Shown: positions 29,162 through 40,292, counted from the stretch's first letter. The stretch: 64,000 nt of DNA from a virus (IMGVR_UViG_3300011678_000001:128001-192000); one strand, 5' to 3'. Made by a program: numbers and translations. The notes: generated by a model not told the origin, from the letters alone.

Positions 29162-30424
29162 TCAGGTATTGGAGAGGGATTTACGACCGTATGTCAACAA
29201 GCTGCGCGACACAGTCAACAGGTTGGTGGTCAGCTGATCCACAGGACCGACTGCCCAAGCGGCGTAATTGCGAACAAACCGCAGGACACTGAGGTCGTAC
29301 GAATCACTGACTTCGCTGGACCGGTTTTGGTACTGCTCACCGGCACGAAGAACATTCTTGATCTGCTGCTCAACGCGGCTGAGTTTCATGACCCGTTCTT
29401 GCTGCTCGATCAGATCCAGGATGTCAATGACGCGCCGGGCTAGGTGTTCGACCTGTTGACCTGAAGCGGTCTTGACGGTTCCTGTCAGTACGTTACTGCG
29501 GTTCACACTGGTCAGGGCAAACTTGATCCCAGTGGTCCGCAGGGCGGCAGCGAAGTTCAAGGGGTCGACTGAGGCCAGATCCCGTTGAGCTTGTTCGAGG
29601 GTCAGGAAGTACAGGGTCCAACCACCGATGATCGGCGGAGCCGCCATGGTCAGTCGACGTCCAAAGCGTGGGTCACGGTAGACCATGGCCTTGACTTGTG
29701 AGGCGATCTTGTCCAGAGGCATCTGGGTGAACAACTGGCAGGTCTCAGACAACATGTCCTGACCCGACTTACCCGACTGCAGCAGGCGCTCAAAGCGCTG
29801 ACCAATGTCAATCATCCCCGCCCCGTAATGGGTGGTGACAATCTTGTATTGATCCATGGCCGCCGAGATCGACCGGATCAGGGCATCAGGGTCATTGACC
29901 ACCGAGTTACCCACGATCAAGGACTTGATCTCCATGCCCAGCTCCACATTGGGGTTGCGCACAGTGATGTGACGACGCGCCCCAGCATGCTTGGCCAGGT
30001 GTTCGGCTGTCATGCGAAGCCGACCCCGGAACGATTTGATCCGGTTCCAGAACTCCCGCACAAAGGCGAGGATCTGAAGAATGGCGTTGACCAGATGGGT
30101 CCACAGCCCTTTCATTTTGTCTTTGAGCGACTCAGTGGAGACAGTACCTGCCTCGTGCCCTTCTAAGCTCGGTAGCAGGTCGTTAACGCTGATCCCTGAT
30201 TCGCCTATCAGGTTTTCGAAGCTGACCACTACGGCCTGTTTGTGAGCCTTTGAGACGATGTCGGTGGTGTCCAGGTGAGTGATCAAGGCTTCCAGTGAAT
30301 CAGTCGCATTGAGCAACGATTCCAACTGGGCCCTGGCTTGGAGCAGGTCGCGCTCAGCCTCTAGGACATCAACGAACCCCTCACTCTCATGGCCCAGGAC
30401 CTCGGGCGTTTCTTCTTCGGACAT
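29162..30424 (-). CDS. Internal head protein (paralogue family)
   Basis: DSLE, VSFE, PSLE, VSTES then LKDKMKGLWTHLVNAILQILAFV. Confidence 0.75.
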   Translation of the reverse strand: MSEEETPEVLGHESEGFVDVLEAERDLLQARAQLESLLNATDSLEALITHLDTTDIVSKAHKQAVVVSFENLIGESGISVNDLLPSLEGHEAGTVSTESLKDKMKGLWTHLVNAILQILAFVREFWNRIKSFRGRLRMTAEHLAKHAGARRHITVRNPNVELGMEIKSLIVGNSVVNDPDALIRSISAAMDQYKIVTTHYGAGMIDIGQRFERLLQSGKSGQDMLSETCQLFTQMPLDKIASQVKAMVYRDPRFGRRLTMAAPPIIGGWTLYFLTLEQAQRDLASVDPLNFAAALRTTGIKFALTSVNRSNVLTGTVKTASGQQVEHLARRVIDILDLIEQQERVMKLSRVEQQIKNVLRAGEQYQNRSSEVSDSYDLSVLRFVRNYAAWAVGPVDQLTTNLLTVSRSLLTYGRKSLSNT

Positions 30425-30490
30425 AGTGCATGCTCTTAAAAAGGATAGAGTGGATAATTCACCATAGAATTCGAACTTCCGGCATAAAAA

Positions 30491-30520
30491 ACATCTACCC
30501 GGCGTGAACCGGGTAGATGT
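30491..30520 (-). terminator. Intrinsic terminator
   Basis: ACATCTACCCGG/CCGGGTAGATGT with U-tract and ATGCCG on minus strand. Confidence 0.75.
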
Positions 30521-30537
30521 GTGCGTGCAGACTAGAC

Positions 30538-31881
30538 TCAGGCCGGGTTCGGCAGAGCCTTGGTGTCAGCATCGTTCGGCTCGACGTTCGGCTTGCCCTG
30601 TTCACCTTTGGCGTAGCCTTTGATGACCATGGTACCGAATGCAGCGGCAGCCTTAGCAGCACCGCCCATGAAGGACATGTACTGGTGGGTGCAACCGGCC
30701 GTCAGGCGAGCGACCTTGTTCATCTTGGCCAGCGCCGCTTTGGCTTGCGCGACTTCAGACTTCTGCAGGCCATTGCTCTTGGCAACGACAGCGTTACCTG
30801 CTGCAACGACGTCTTTGACGCCTTTCTCGATCAGACCCTGGACCTTACGGACTTCAGTCATCGATTTACCGATCTGAATGATGCCGTCAGCCATGGCGCT
30901 GATTTCTGCCACGGACGGCAGGTCGAGGTCGTAGCTGTCTTTCATCGCAGTCTTGTCCTGGGACAGCTTGAGACTGGATGCAGCCAGCATGTCGAGGCCG
31001 CTACCACCACCGACGGTGAGGTCGAACCAGTAACCACCAGGCAGCTTGCCTTTCATGTCGTCAGCGAGGACGCCATCGATCTTGATCGAGTCGCCTACGG
31101 ACTGAAGACTGCGCGGGGTGATGTCGCCTTTACGGACGGTGTCGAGCAGCGGGCTGACCGCTTTAACGACGTTGCCAGTGTATTGACGAACACCCACATC
31201 GAAGCCATGCACGATGGCCTTGAGGGCTTCAGCCGGGGCGATCTTGTCACCCACGACCAGGTACTGGGCATGAGCACGGCTCAGACCACCGGCCACTTTG
31301 AAGCTCTTGGCATCTTTGACCGCTTGGGCGCGCTTCTTCAGCGACTGACCAGCAGCAACGACAGCCGGACCGCTCTTGCCGATAGCGGCGTAGAAGTCTT
31401 TGGCAGCGTTCCAGGCACCTTCAACCGCAGAGCGGACGGCGTCCCAGATCTTGCCGAGCAGGGCTTTGACGTTGTCCAGGGCTTCCATCGAAGCAGTGAG
31501 CTTGTCGCCCGTGCCGCCGAAGGACTCAGTGGAAACGGTGAAGTCAGCGGCGTTGACCGGCAGCTTGCGGGTAGCGATCTGCAGGGCACGTGCATGCATG
31601 TCAGCCGTTTGCGGAGCCATGCCGCCGTCAGCGATGAAGCTTTCCAGCGAGCTGATCAGGCTTTCGAGGCTGTCGGCTGCGTCGGTGAGTTCTTCAACGG
31701 CTTCGTCGTGCTCGTCAACCGAGGCTGCGCCTTCACGCACTTCTTCGAGGAGCTCGTCGATTTCGACGATGGTTTCAGAGGTGACTGGATTGATTTCCTG
31801 GTTCTCAGCTTCAGCAGCCGATTCCAGGGACACAGCCAGCGCGTCTTGGAGAATCGAGTTACGCATTGGGTATTGCTCCAC
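30538..31881 (-). CDS. Major internal head protein (phiKZ gp93/95-like)
   Basis: VSLES, DSLES, SSLES, VSTES, ASMEA then LDNVKALLGKIWDAV. Confidence 0.8.
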   Translation of the reverse strand: MEQYPMRNSILQDALAVSLESAAEAENQEINPVTSETIVEIDELLEEVREGAASVDEHDEAVEELTDAADSLESLISSLESFIADGGMAPQTADMHARALQIATRKLPVNAADFTVSTESFGGTGDKLTASMEALDNVKALLGKIWDAVRSAVEGAWNAAKDFYAAIGKSGPAVVAAGQSLKKRAQAVKDAKSFKVAGGLSRAHAQYLVVGDKIAPAEALKAIVHGFDVGVRQYTGNVVKAVSPLLDTVRKGDITPRSLQSVGDSIKIDGVLADDMKGKLPGGYWFDLTVGGGSGLDMLAASSLKLSQDKTAMKDSYDLDLPSVAEISAMADGIIQIGKSMTEVRKVQGLIEKGVKDVVAAGNAVVAKSNGLQKSEVAQAKAALAKMNKVARLTAGCTHQYMSFMGGAAKAAAAFGTMVIKGYAKGEQGKPNVEPNDADTKALPNPA

Positions 31882-31968
31882 TTGTTTGCAAACAGGAGTA
31901 AGAATGTGCAGACAGACCTAGGCATTCTGCATCTCTGCACACCATAAGATGTAATTACCCGGAGGCGG

Positions 31969-32499
31969 TTAGACCGCCTCAGAGTGTTCGTGCCAGCCGT
32001 CTGGCAGGCCACCACCGACCAAGTACAGGGTCTGTACCAGGTCTGCCAAACCGTCTTCACGGCTCAGCCAGGCGCTCAACACCTCACCAGGGGTTGCTGT
32101 GAAGAACCAGCCCAGTGAGCGTTCACGGACCAGTTTCTCTGCATCGGCTTGAGCCACGTCCTTAGGGTGATACACCATCAGGTCGCGGTAGTTCTCCATG
32201 GCCATCTTGCGAGGACCACAGCCGTTGATGAAGTCAAGCGTCGAGAGGGTGAAGTCAAGCACCCAGCGTGAGCAGGGTGTCTTAACCTGATGAGCCAGAA
32301 CGAATCGGCCGTGACGGGTGAACAGCAGTTGCTTGGCCGCCTTCAGCACGTCTTGCAGGTAATCAAGATCGTGACCGAAGTCATGGGTGGTCTCCATGCG
32401 GTGATAGAGCGTGTCTACCAACGGCAAGTCGATGTACCCAGTGGGATGCGACGACTGCGTGTCCACCGAGAACCCACGATGGGTCTTCAGATGGCTCAT
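31969..32499 (-). CDS. Virion protein (phiKZ gp92-like)
   Basis: Synteny; WLSREDGLADLVQTL motif. Confidence 0.55.
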   Translation of the reverse strand: MSHLKTHRGFSVDTQSSHPTGYIDLPLVDTLYHRMETTHDFGHDLDYLQDVLKAAKQLLFTRHGRFVLAHQVKTPCSRWVLDFTLSTLDFINGCGPRKMAMENYRDLMVYHPKDVAQADAEKLVRERSLGWFFTATPGEVLSAWLSREDGLADLVQTLYLVGGGLPDGWHEHSEAV

Positions 32500-33383
32500 G
32501 CGTACTTCTCCTGCATCTTGGCGATCTTCTCCGCCGTCTTGTTCAGGTACTGCTCGTACTTCTCGATGGTGCGTTCGAGCTGCGCATCGTTCTTGCCTTC
32601 GGCTTGAAGACGCAGCTGCTCAAGGCGCAGTTGGATCGAACGGGCATCTTCCTTCAACCGCTCATAACGAGCGACTTGCAGGTGAGCAATCCAAATGCCG
32701 ACTGACATGGCCACGTGCGTCACACCCGGAATGAAGTTGTTCTTCAGCGGGTCGAGCTTGGTGTAGCCCACTTGCGGCACGATGATCTTTTCGTCATCAT
32801 CACTGATGGTGATGTCCGGGATGGACTCGATCAGGGCGGCGATCTCACGGCTGGGGCGACCGAAGGTGGTGAGCAGCGTCAGGAAGGCTTTCTGGTTTTC
32901 ACGCAGGTACGCCAACTCAGGACGTGGACGCTCTTGACCTTCGCCGTGCTCCTTGGAGACCACAGAGGCTTCAGCGACCAAGAGGTAGTGCAGCAGCTGC
33001 ATCGAGTAAGAAACCACGAAGTCCATGTACCCAATCGTGCGCAGCAGTTCCGCGCGCTTGTAGGTAATGCCTTCGATGACGATGTCCTGACCGTAGCTCT
33101 TCTCAGCAATCGCCGAGAGCAGTTCGGTGGTGATCGCCATGTTCGCCAACACCTGACGGATGTAACCGAGCACGGTCATCCTCGGTGGAAGACGAACGAC
33201 CTTGGCCGCTTCGGCTTCGAACTGCTTACCGGCCTTGGACTTGAACGAGGTGACGGTGGTCTCCGCGTTGATGTACGTCTCAATGGCTTTCTGCAGGGCC
33301 TGGGTGTAGACCCGGATGTTTTGTTTCAGTTCATCCTTGGTGAAGGATGCCGCCATACGGCGGAGGTAGTCGAGGATACGCAT
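32496..33383 (-). CDS. Abundant head/inner-body protein (phiKZ gp90-like)
   Basis: 295 aa, DPLK.NFIP motif and C-terminal coiled coil; synteny. Confidence 0.65.
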   Translation of the reverse strand: MRILDYLRRMAASFTKDELKQNIRVYTQALQKAIETYINAETTVTSFKSKAGKQFEAEAAKVVRLPPRMTVLGYIRQVLANMAITTELLSAIAEKSYGQDIVIEGITYKRAELLRTIGYMDFVVSYSMQLLHYLLVAEASVVSKEHGEGQERPRPELAYLRENQKAFLTLLTTFGRPSREIAALIESIPDITISDDDEKIIVPQVGYTKLDPLKNNFIPGVTHVAMSVGIWIAHLQVARYERLKEDARSIQLRLEQLRLQAEGKNDAQLERTIEKYEQYLNKTAEKIAKMQEKYA

Positions 33384-33411
33384 TTCAGGGGTTCCTTGGA
33401 GTGGGAGTGAA

Positions 33412-34782
33412 TCAGATGCGGCCAGGTGCCTTGCCGAGCTGGTACGACTTCAGAATGTCCATCAGTTCCTTGCTGTCAGACTTGCCAGCGGATTTGATGT
33501 CGTTCTTGGTCAGCTTGGTTGGCATTTCGATACCGCGGGTGTAGATGGTGACCGATTCCCAATCCGGGTCCACAACGATCATCAGCATGCTGAAGGTGTG
33601 GCCGAAGATTCCCTGACGGGTCTTGAAGTTGCTCAGTTGGCCGCTGATGCGACGTTCCAGTTCACCGGCGGTCTTGACATCCATAACGATGATCGACGAC
33701 GCAGTGGCCAGCGACGGGCCTCCAGCGATGGCTTGAGCAGCAGCGTTGTTGGCCGCACGACCGTAGACGGTCTTGTAGTAACCGGTTTCGTCTTTCATCA
33801 TGGCAGCACGGTGTGCATCGACACGGTCCATGGCCAGTACGAAGTCAGCCCAGAACTTGATCTCGCCGGCACGCCAGGCTCTCCAGCGGCTGGAGAAGGT
33901 CGCATCACGACCACCAACTGCCAGGGTCTCGCCCAGGACGTCAGACGGCATGGCTGCGACACGCAGACGGATGGTGACCGGAATGGTGACTTCTTTACCG
34001 TCTTCGCTGATGGTCACGTCAATGACGTTACCCACGGCCAGGTTGTTGACTTTCTCAACGTACTTGGCAGCGTTGGAGATCTGAGCGCCTGCTTTGCCCG
34101 AACCTTTGTTAGCCGCTTCTTCGCGTTTGCGATCGGCTTCATCAGCTTGCTTCTGACGGCGTTCGTTTACGGCACGGTCAGCCTTCTTCTCAGCTTCCGA
34201 GCGGGTGTCGTCATCATCGTCGCCAATGACATCAGCATAGATGGAGGCGGCAGCCATGTCGCCGTCGTTGACCGCTTCCATCGACGCTTGTTCGGCGAGG
34301 ATGTCTTCGATGAACGGCAGACCGAATCCTTCAGCCGAGGCTGCGATGGATTCCATGGAACTGGTCAGCATGGTCATGGTGGCTTCGTTCAGATCACGGT
34401 CAGTGGCGAACTTGTCCAGACGACGGCCAACGGAGACGTCATTGATCTTGGCGTCCAGCGAGACAGCCAAAAGCCAGTACCCGGTGAACATGTTGTACGC
34501 GGTGTGGACCACATCCTGAATGAACGGAATGTTAACGGCGCGCTTGTCCATCAACATAATGGGCTCAATCCGCGCAGATTGTGTGAAGCGTACCAAGTCC
34601 CCGGCTTGAGTGGCGGCCAGTGCTTCTTTGGATTTCTTGACCACTTCCCCGGCAGTTTCCTTACCAAGCTTGGCCACGATCGCTTTGGCGATTTGGGGTG
34701 AATAAACCGCCAAGAGACCAGCGCCGACCTTAAGTGCGGTGCCGAGCATCTCCTGGGATACAACTTTATTGTTCATGAACAT
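33412..34782 (-). CDS. Inner-body head protein (phiKZ gp89-like)
   Basis: ARIEP, NLAVG, RWRAWRAGEIKFW.D, IYTRG motifs; SMES/SMEA sites. Confidence 0.7.
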   Translation of the reverse strand: MFMNNKVVSQEMLGTALKVGAGLLAVYSPQIAKAIVAKLGKETAGEVVKKSKEALAATQAGDLVRFTQSARIEPIMLMDKRAVNIPFIQDVVHTAYNMFTGYWLLAVSLDAKINDVSVGRRLDKFATDRDLNEATMTMLTSSMESIAASAEGFGLPFIEDILAEQASMEAVNDGDMAAASIYADVIGDDDDDTRSEAEKKADRAVNERRQKQADEADRKREEAANKGSGKAGAQISNAAKYVEKVNNLAVGNVIDVTISEDGKEVTIPVTIRLRVAAMPSDVLGETLAVGGRDATFSSRWRAWRAGEIKFWADFVLAMDRVDAHRAAMMKDETGYYKTVYGRAANNAAAQAIAGGPSLATASSIIVMDVKTAGELERRISGQLSNFKTRQGIFGHTFSMLMIVVDPDWESVTIYTRGIEMPTKLTKNDIKSAGKSDSKELMDILKSYQLGKAPGRI

Positions 34783-34809
34783 TTCCCTTCATTAAAGGCG
34801 TGGTAACAA

Positions 34810-35967
34810 ATGAGCGAGGAATTTAAACTAATGAAACAAGTGCTTGACGTGATCGCCAAGCACGGAGGTTTCGACAGTGACGATGCAGTGATGCGGCGTC
34901 TGACTCGCGAGCAGGGAACCGGTGCCTTGGGCGCGCGCTTCCATGATCTGCTCGGCGGGTTTAACCGCACACAACAAGGGTCTGCAGTGCCAGCGAATAC
35001 TGACATGCAGGGGCTTACGTTTTTCACACGCCCGAATTTGAACCTGTCATACGATAACGTAATGGCAGTGCGACAATTGTCCGTTTTGGCCAGTGATAAC
35101 CCAAGGTCGTACAACCGAATCATCCGTCGGATGCTCTGGCCAGATAGCCAGAACTACGACAACGCCACCAAAGGTGACAACGTCATTTTCGACAACCGGC
35201 ATGCGTTCATGCCATTGCTGAGCAACGCCTTGACGAACATGTCCGGGTGGCCAGACCTGACCCTTCATGCCTACAGTTCTAACGAAGGCATGGCGAAAGA
35301 AGTCTGGATGATGAACGACACCATTGCCGAGATCAACGGTCGATTCGAATTGGACTGCACCTTCGAAAATACCCTAGGCGATCCTATATCATTGACGTTG
35401 TTTACGTGGCTCCTCTACATCGGGGGCGTGTACCTGGGCACGAAGATTCAGCCAGCTGGCTACAGCATCGTGCAAAACGAAATCGACTACATGACGCGCA
35501 TCTACCGATTCTCAATGGATTGGTCGGGTCGGTTTATTCAAAAATGGGCGGCCTGTGGTGCAGCCTTTCCGGTCGGTTTGTCCATGGGTACCTCGTTCAA
35601 CTACAGTCGAGACAACCCGTACAACGAAGCCAACAAATCGGTCCAGACATCCTTTGCCTGTACCATAGCTGAATACAACGACCCCATCACCTTGTGGGAG
35701 TTCAACAAGCTGGTGGTGATGTTCAACCCCAGCATGGGCGACGGTCGGCGGGAAAAGGAAATGGTCAAGTGCGACCCTGAAGAGCGCAAGCTGTTTAACT
35801 ACAAAGGGTTCCCGTGGATCAACCTCATGGGCAACAACGAATTGGAGTGGTGGGTCGATCGGTCAGAGTACGCCAGTGTCGTCAAAGGCGACCTGAAGCC
35901 TGGCACCGTCACCACCCTCAGCGCCCTTAACACCACCGGTCCAACCGACGGAACCGTGATCGTTTAA
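34810..35967 (+). CDS. Virion structural/baseplate protein (phiKZ gp88-like)
   Basis: GLTFFTRPNLNLS, SGWPD, IDYMTRIYR motifs; divergent orientation. Confidence 0.7.
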   Translation: MSEEFKLMKQVLDVIAKHGGFDSDDAVMRRLTREQGTGALGARFHDLLGGFNRTQQGSAVPANTDMQGLTFFTRPNLNLSYDNVMAVRQLSVLASDNPRSYNRIIRRMLWPDSQNYDNATKGDNVIFDNRHAFMPLLSNALTNMSGWPDLTLHAYSSNEGMAKEVWMMNDTIAEINGRFELDCTFENTLGDPISLTLFTWLLYIGGVYLGTKIQPAGYSIVQNEIDYMTRIYRFSMDWSGRFIQKWAACGAAFPVGLSMGTSFNYSRDNPYNEANKSVQTSFACTIAEYNDPITLWEFNKLVVMFNPSMGDGRREKEMVKCDPEERKLFNYKGFPWINLMGNNELEWWVDRSEYASVVKGDLKPGTVTTLSALNTTGPTDGTVIV

Positions 35968-35977
35968 TCTGGAGTCA

Positions 35978-38899
35978 GTGATGTCAAGAACAGACCTTAA
36001 TGGCCTGATTGAAGCAGCCAAGCTAAACCCCATGGCTGTCCAACGGGCCGGGATCGAATACCTCGAAGCCGTGTACAACGGCGAAGTCGAGATCGTCGAT
36101 GCCAGTAACGCCTTTGTCTACCTCATGGAAATGGGCGCGACCATGTTCACCAACCTGGCCCGTAAGGACGAGTTCCTTAATCGGGTGCAGTACCCTGAAC
36201 TGGCCATGACCCGTGAAGAACTGTACCGGCACATGAGCAACGTCGATTACATCAACGTCTTCTCAAGCCCTTCGGTAGCCCCGCTGTTGTTGGTCTACAG
36301 CATGACTGAAGTGCTGGAGAAAGCCGTCGAGACGGGCAATGCCGGTGTCCGGAAGCTGGTCATTCCCCGCCATACCAAAATCATGGCCGGTGATGTACCC
36401 TTCACGTTGCAGTACCCCATTGAAATTCGGGTGTTGCCGCATGGTGGGTTGCAGGTGGTGTACGACAACAGCCGTCCTTCACCGTTGCATCCGCTTGAGA
36501 GCAACAACGTTCACTGGAAGACGGTCAATTACAACATCGGTCGTGAAGACTTCATTCAACTGGAAGTGCCCACTCAGCAGATTGAGATCAAGAACTACAC
36601 CGCAGCCCTGTCGGCGTCCAAGGTCTTTAACAAGTCCTACGCCTACACCGATCAGTTCTACTACTGCCGTGTGTACGCAAGCGACGGCAAAGGTGGCTGG
36701 ACTGAAATCAAGACCACTCACAGCGATCAGGTCTTTGATCCCAATACCCCAACCGCGGTCCTGCAGTTGCTCGATGACAATCAACTGAACGTCTCGATCC
36801 CGCAGGTCTACTACAGCACCGGGCTGGTCAACCGCACCTTGCGCATTGACATCTACACCACCCGTGGGGCACTGGAGCTGGCGCTACAAGGCTTCAGCAC
36901 CGACATGTTCAAAGCGACCTACATGGACTACGACAACGATGACAATGGCCGTTACACAAGCCCTGTGTCGCGTCTGGTCACGGGTTACTTCATGTCTGCA
37001 GGCCCAGCAACTGGAGGGTCCAATGCCATTGGGTTTAACAAGCTCAAGGAGCGGGTGATTCACAACGCCCTGGGCAACATTGACCTGCCGATCACCAACG
37101 TGCAGATTCAGTCGCAGCTTGACCTGTTGACCGACGTCGGGTTCAGTTGTGTGACAGATGTGGACAACGTGACCAACCGCCTCTACGCGGCCAGTCGTGA
37201 ATTGCCTACGCCGGACATCAAGGAGATCTCCAGCGGCATTGGCGCCAACGTCATCGCCCTGTCCAAGACCATCGATCAGCTGCTCGCTTCGGCTGACGTC
37301 ATGAACAATGGCCAGCGGATCACCCTGCTGCCGTCGAACCTGTACCGGGACGAAGGCGGCTACCTGTCGGTGGTGGATAAGGAATCCCGTAACGCCCTGC
37401 TCAGTTTGTCCAGCGATGTCCTGATCGAGCAAGTGACCAACGGCAACTACTTCTACACCCCGTTCCATTACGTCTACGATGTGACGGACGATGTGTTCAG
37501 TGTGCGACCGTACTACTTCGGCTCGCCTGAGTTGTCGCAGCGGTTCTTCGTCATGGACAACGGCACCATGGGCGTTGGGGTCAACTCGAACAGTCACAAG
37601 TTTGCGCGCACTGACACGGGCTGGGTCTTGACCGTCATGACCAACAGCACCGATTCGTTGAAGACGCTGGATGACGATGGGTTGGTGGCACAGATTGCGT
37701 TCATTCCAGCCGGTGAATTGTCACGGGTATACTTGAACGGTACCTTGCTTGGACGTGACCCTAAAACCAAGGAATGGATCTTTGAGTTTCGGTTCAATTC
37801 CACCTGGGATGTGGACAAAGCCAACCGCGTCTACCTCGATGGGTTTGAAGCAGACGGCATTTCCCCTCACGCCTACCCGGCTGAGATGGACACGGTCTTT
37901 GACCTGTTCTACGGTGTACGCACTGAACTGGTGGACGTGGGTGAAGAAACGCAAATTGACCAAAACCTGGGCAAGTTCAAGTACGCCGATGCCATCACGG
38001 GTCTGTACCATGAACAAGTCACCCTGACCCTTGGCAACGTCCTAGACGGTTTGTGGGCGAGGGCACGGTCAACTGTAGGGGAAGAGCATTACCTGCGCCA
38101 TGACGTAGATGTCCCACTGACCTACACCACCAACGTACCTGCCCGTAACCCGGAAACAGGTGCGGTGATGATTGCTTACGACGAGGCTGGCAAACCCAGC
38201 ATTGTCTACGAGCATCGGGCAGGTGATGTGGTCATGGAAGGCGACAACATGGTCTACCTGCATCGTCGGGGCGACATCGTGTTGCACAACGGCGCACCGG
38301 TTGTGGTCAACCCTCGTTCTATCCTGCGGCAAGTCGAGCTGTGCTTGTTCGATGGCACCTACTACTTCGTCACCAACGAAACGGACCTGGCGTACCGCGA
38401 CAGTGTACCGGATCAGGTGGTCGAGTGGGTCAATGTCACCCTCAAGCCGATCCGCAACAAGCTCTTGGAGAAGACCAAACTCTGGTTCCATCCGAAAGCC
38501 ACCGTGGGTTTGATCAATGCATTGGTCGATGACAGCTTGGCCGTGTCTATCCAGGCGGCTCAGCACCTGACGGTGGAGTACTTCGTGTCCTCCTTGGTCT
38601 ATCGTGATGAAGCCCTCAAGGAAGAGCTGCGCAAGAGCACTCGCAAGGCCATCACCAAGGCCTTCAAAGAACCGCAAGTGACCCGCAACGGGCTCGAGAC
38701 GGCACTCAAAGACGTGATGGGCGCTGACATCCTCGGCGTGACCATTTCGGATCTGGGCGGCCCGCGGAACTACAGCGTCATCTCCATGGCAGATGAGTCC
38801 TCGCGACTGTGCATCGGCAAGAAGCTGGTTCAGTTGCCTAACGGTACCTACGGCGTGGAAGACAGCATCACCATCGAGTTCGTCAAGCACTCGGTCTAA
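35978..38899 (+). CDS. Large baseplate wedge-like virion protein (phiKZ gp87-like)
   Basis: 973 aa; YP.LA.T.EELY.HMS, F.LQYPIEIR, VDNVTNR motifs. Confidence 0.75.
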   Translation: MMSRTDLNGLIEAAKLNPMAVQRAGIEYLEAVYNGEVEIVDASNAFVYLMEMGATMFTNLARKDEFLNRVQYPELAMTREELYRHMSNVDYINVFSSPSVAPLLLVYSMTEVLEKAVETGNAGVRKLVIPRHTKIMAGDVPFTLQYPIEIRVLPHGGLQVVYDNSRPSPLHPLESNNVHWKTVNYNIGREDFIQLEVPTQQIEIKNYTAALSASKVFNKSYAYTDQFYYCRVYASDGKGGWTEIKTTHSDQVFDPNTPTAVLQLLDDNQLNVSIPQVYYSTGLVNRTLRIDIYTTRGALELALQGFSTDMFKATYMDYDNDDNGRYTSPVSRLVTGYFMSAGPATGGSNAIGFNKLKERVIHNALGNIDLPITNVQIQSQLDLLTDVGFSCVTDVDNVTNRLYAASRELPTPDIKEISSGIGANVIALSKTIDQLLASADVMNNGQRITLLPSNLYRDEGGYLSVVDKESRNALLSLSSDVLIEQVTNGNYFYTPFHYVYDVTDDVFSVRPYYFGSPELSQRFFVMDNGTMGVGVNSNSHKFARTDTGWVLTVMTNSTDSLKTLDDDGLVAQIAFIPAGELSRVYLNGTLLGRDPKTKEWIFEFRFNSTWDVDKANRVYLDGFEADGISPHAYPAEMDTVFDLFYGVRTELVDVGEETQIDQNLGKFKYADAITGLYHEQVTLTLGNVLDGLWARARSTVGEEHYLRHDVDVPLTYTTNVPARNPETGAVMIAYDEAGKPSIVYEHRAGDVVMEGDNMVYLHRRGDIVLHNGAPVVVNPRSILRQVELCLFDGTYYFVTNETDLAYRDSVPDQVVEWVNVTLKPIRNKLLEKTKLWFHPKATVGLINALVDDSLAVSIQAAQHLTVEYFVSSLVYRDEALKEELRKSTRKAITKAFKEPQVTRNGLETALKDVMGADILGVTISDLGGPRNYSVISMADESSRLCIGKKLVQLPNGTYGVEDSITIEFVKHSV

Positions 38900-38907
38900 C
38901 GGCATAA

Positions 38908-38929
38908 GGGGAGGGCTCAGGCCCTCCCT
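38908..38929. terminator. Bidirectional hairpin between convergent genes
   Basis: GGGAGGGC TCAG GCCCTCCC flanked by CGGCATA and TATG. Confidence 0.7.
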
Positions 38930-38939
38930 CTATGTTGTC

Positions 38940-40232
38940 TTACTGGACGCGGTACTGATGGATCAGCTTAGCGATGCGGCCAACGTGTAGGTTGATGTCG
39001 CACTGCACCCGGTGAGAAAACATCACCACGGAGTTCATAATCTGCAGGAAGGTAGCGCGTTCCTGAGCCTTTTGCAGTTCGCTCTCATCGAGTTTGGAGC
39101 TGACCAGCCGCTCAAACTTGTTGAGCTGATCCTCGATATGACGCAGCAGCGATGTGGTCTTCGGTGCCGGGTCTATTACCGCTTTGCGATACTTACTTAG
39201 GCCATCGGCCATCTTGTTAAGGCATTCAAAACCGTCACGCTTGGTCACCAAGTCGAAGGTCCTACCTGACTTGAGGAACAGACGTTGCGTGTCTGACAAG
39301 GCCGTCCGGATGACCGAAGCGTTCTGGTTCATGCGCGCCGAGCCGCGGGACTCACCCAGAGGGACAGCGTCCAGGTTGATGCTGAGTTTGCGATCATTCA
39401 TCTCGGAAACGATGTCCTCGATTCGATTAAAGAACCGCACTGCGTCTTGGCTTTTCAAGGCGTCACCGCAAGCAACCAGTAGCGCATCGCAGTTCGAACT
39501 CATCTTGCCCAATATATCGTCTTCGAAGAACCGAATATAGAGGTCCGGGATCGCAAGAGACAATTCCTCGCGGGCGACGTTGATCACTTTCTCGGCGGCT
39601 TCTACATCAGAGGCGCTATTGGCTTCAGTCACGGCCTTGGTGACGAGCGGCGCTGGCTTGTCAACAGGTTTCTCCGTCTGCCGACGGATAGCCTCGATCA
39701 GGGCAGCTTGAGTGACAGGCCTGTGATCTTTGATAACCAGGGTAGCGGCAGCCTTGGCTTGAGCAGCAACAACCGAATTACCGCGAAGCAGGCCCTTAAG
39801 CTCCTTGGCTTTCTCGCGGACGAACTGGATAATGCGCTTGATGGCCTCGATCACCGCTTTGACGATGTTGCCCACAATCCCTTCCATCGCAGGCTTGTAA
39901 TTCACCTTAGACGGCAGCTCAGTGAAGCTAGCGAGCGGCATGTTGTTAAAAGTGGTGTCGAAGCCTTCCATGGAAGCACTCATGGACATGATCGACTGAG
40001 CATCGGCTCGTGAGATCGACCCGGCTTCTTGAAGATCATTAACGATACCCATCAGGCTTTCCAGCGCAGGGGCAATGAGTTCTTCAGGCAGTTCGCCGTC
40101 TTCGACCTGAACGATGGTCTGTTCAACGGCATCGAGGTCTCCAAGCAGTTCTTCAAGCGACGCGCTGTCGATCTGCGCGAGTTGTTCTTCAGTCAGGTCT
40201 TCGTTGGTGTCTTCAGGGAGGTCGTTCTGCAC
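38940..40232 (-). CDS. Head protein with propeptide (phiKZ gp83/86-like)
   Basis: ASLE, PALES, ASMEG, SFTELPSKVNY..AMEG. Confidence 0.7.
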   Translation of the reverse strand: MQNDLPEDTNEDLTEEQLAQIDSASLEELLGDLDAVEQTIVQVEDGELPEELIAPALESLMGIVNDLQEAGSISRADAQSIMSMSASMEGFDTTFNNMPLASFTELPSKVNYKPAMEGIVGNIVKAVIEAIKRIIQFVREKAKELKGLLRGNSVVAAQAKAAATLVIKDHRPVTQAALIEAIRRQTEKPVDKPAPLVTKAVTEANSASDVEAAEKVINVAREELSLAIPDLYIRFFEDDILGKMSSNCDALLVACGDALKSQDAVRFFNRIEDIVSEMNDRKLSINLDAVPLGESRGSARMNQNASVIRTALSDTQRLFLKSGRTFDLVTKRDGFECLNKMADGLSKYRKAVIDPAPKTTSLLRHIEDQLNKFERLVSSKLDESELQKAQERATFLQIMNSVVMFSHRVQCDINLHVGRIAKLIHQYRVQ

Positions 40233-40292
40233 GATAAAATCCTCAGGGATAGATGGTAGATGAGGGACCTGAGTCCCTCATCGTACAGGCGC

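Noticed and set aside
27764-34701. Long plus-strand ORFs (363, 476, 231, 367 aa) antisense to head genes
   Set aside because: Shadow ORFs from GC-biased codon usage of the real minus-strand genes
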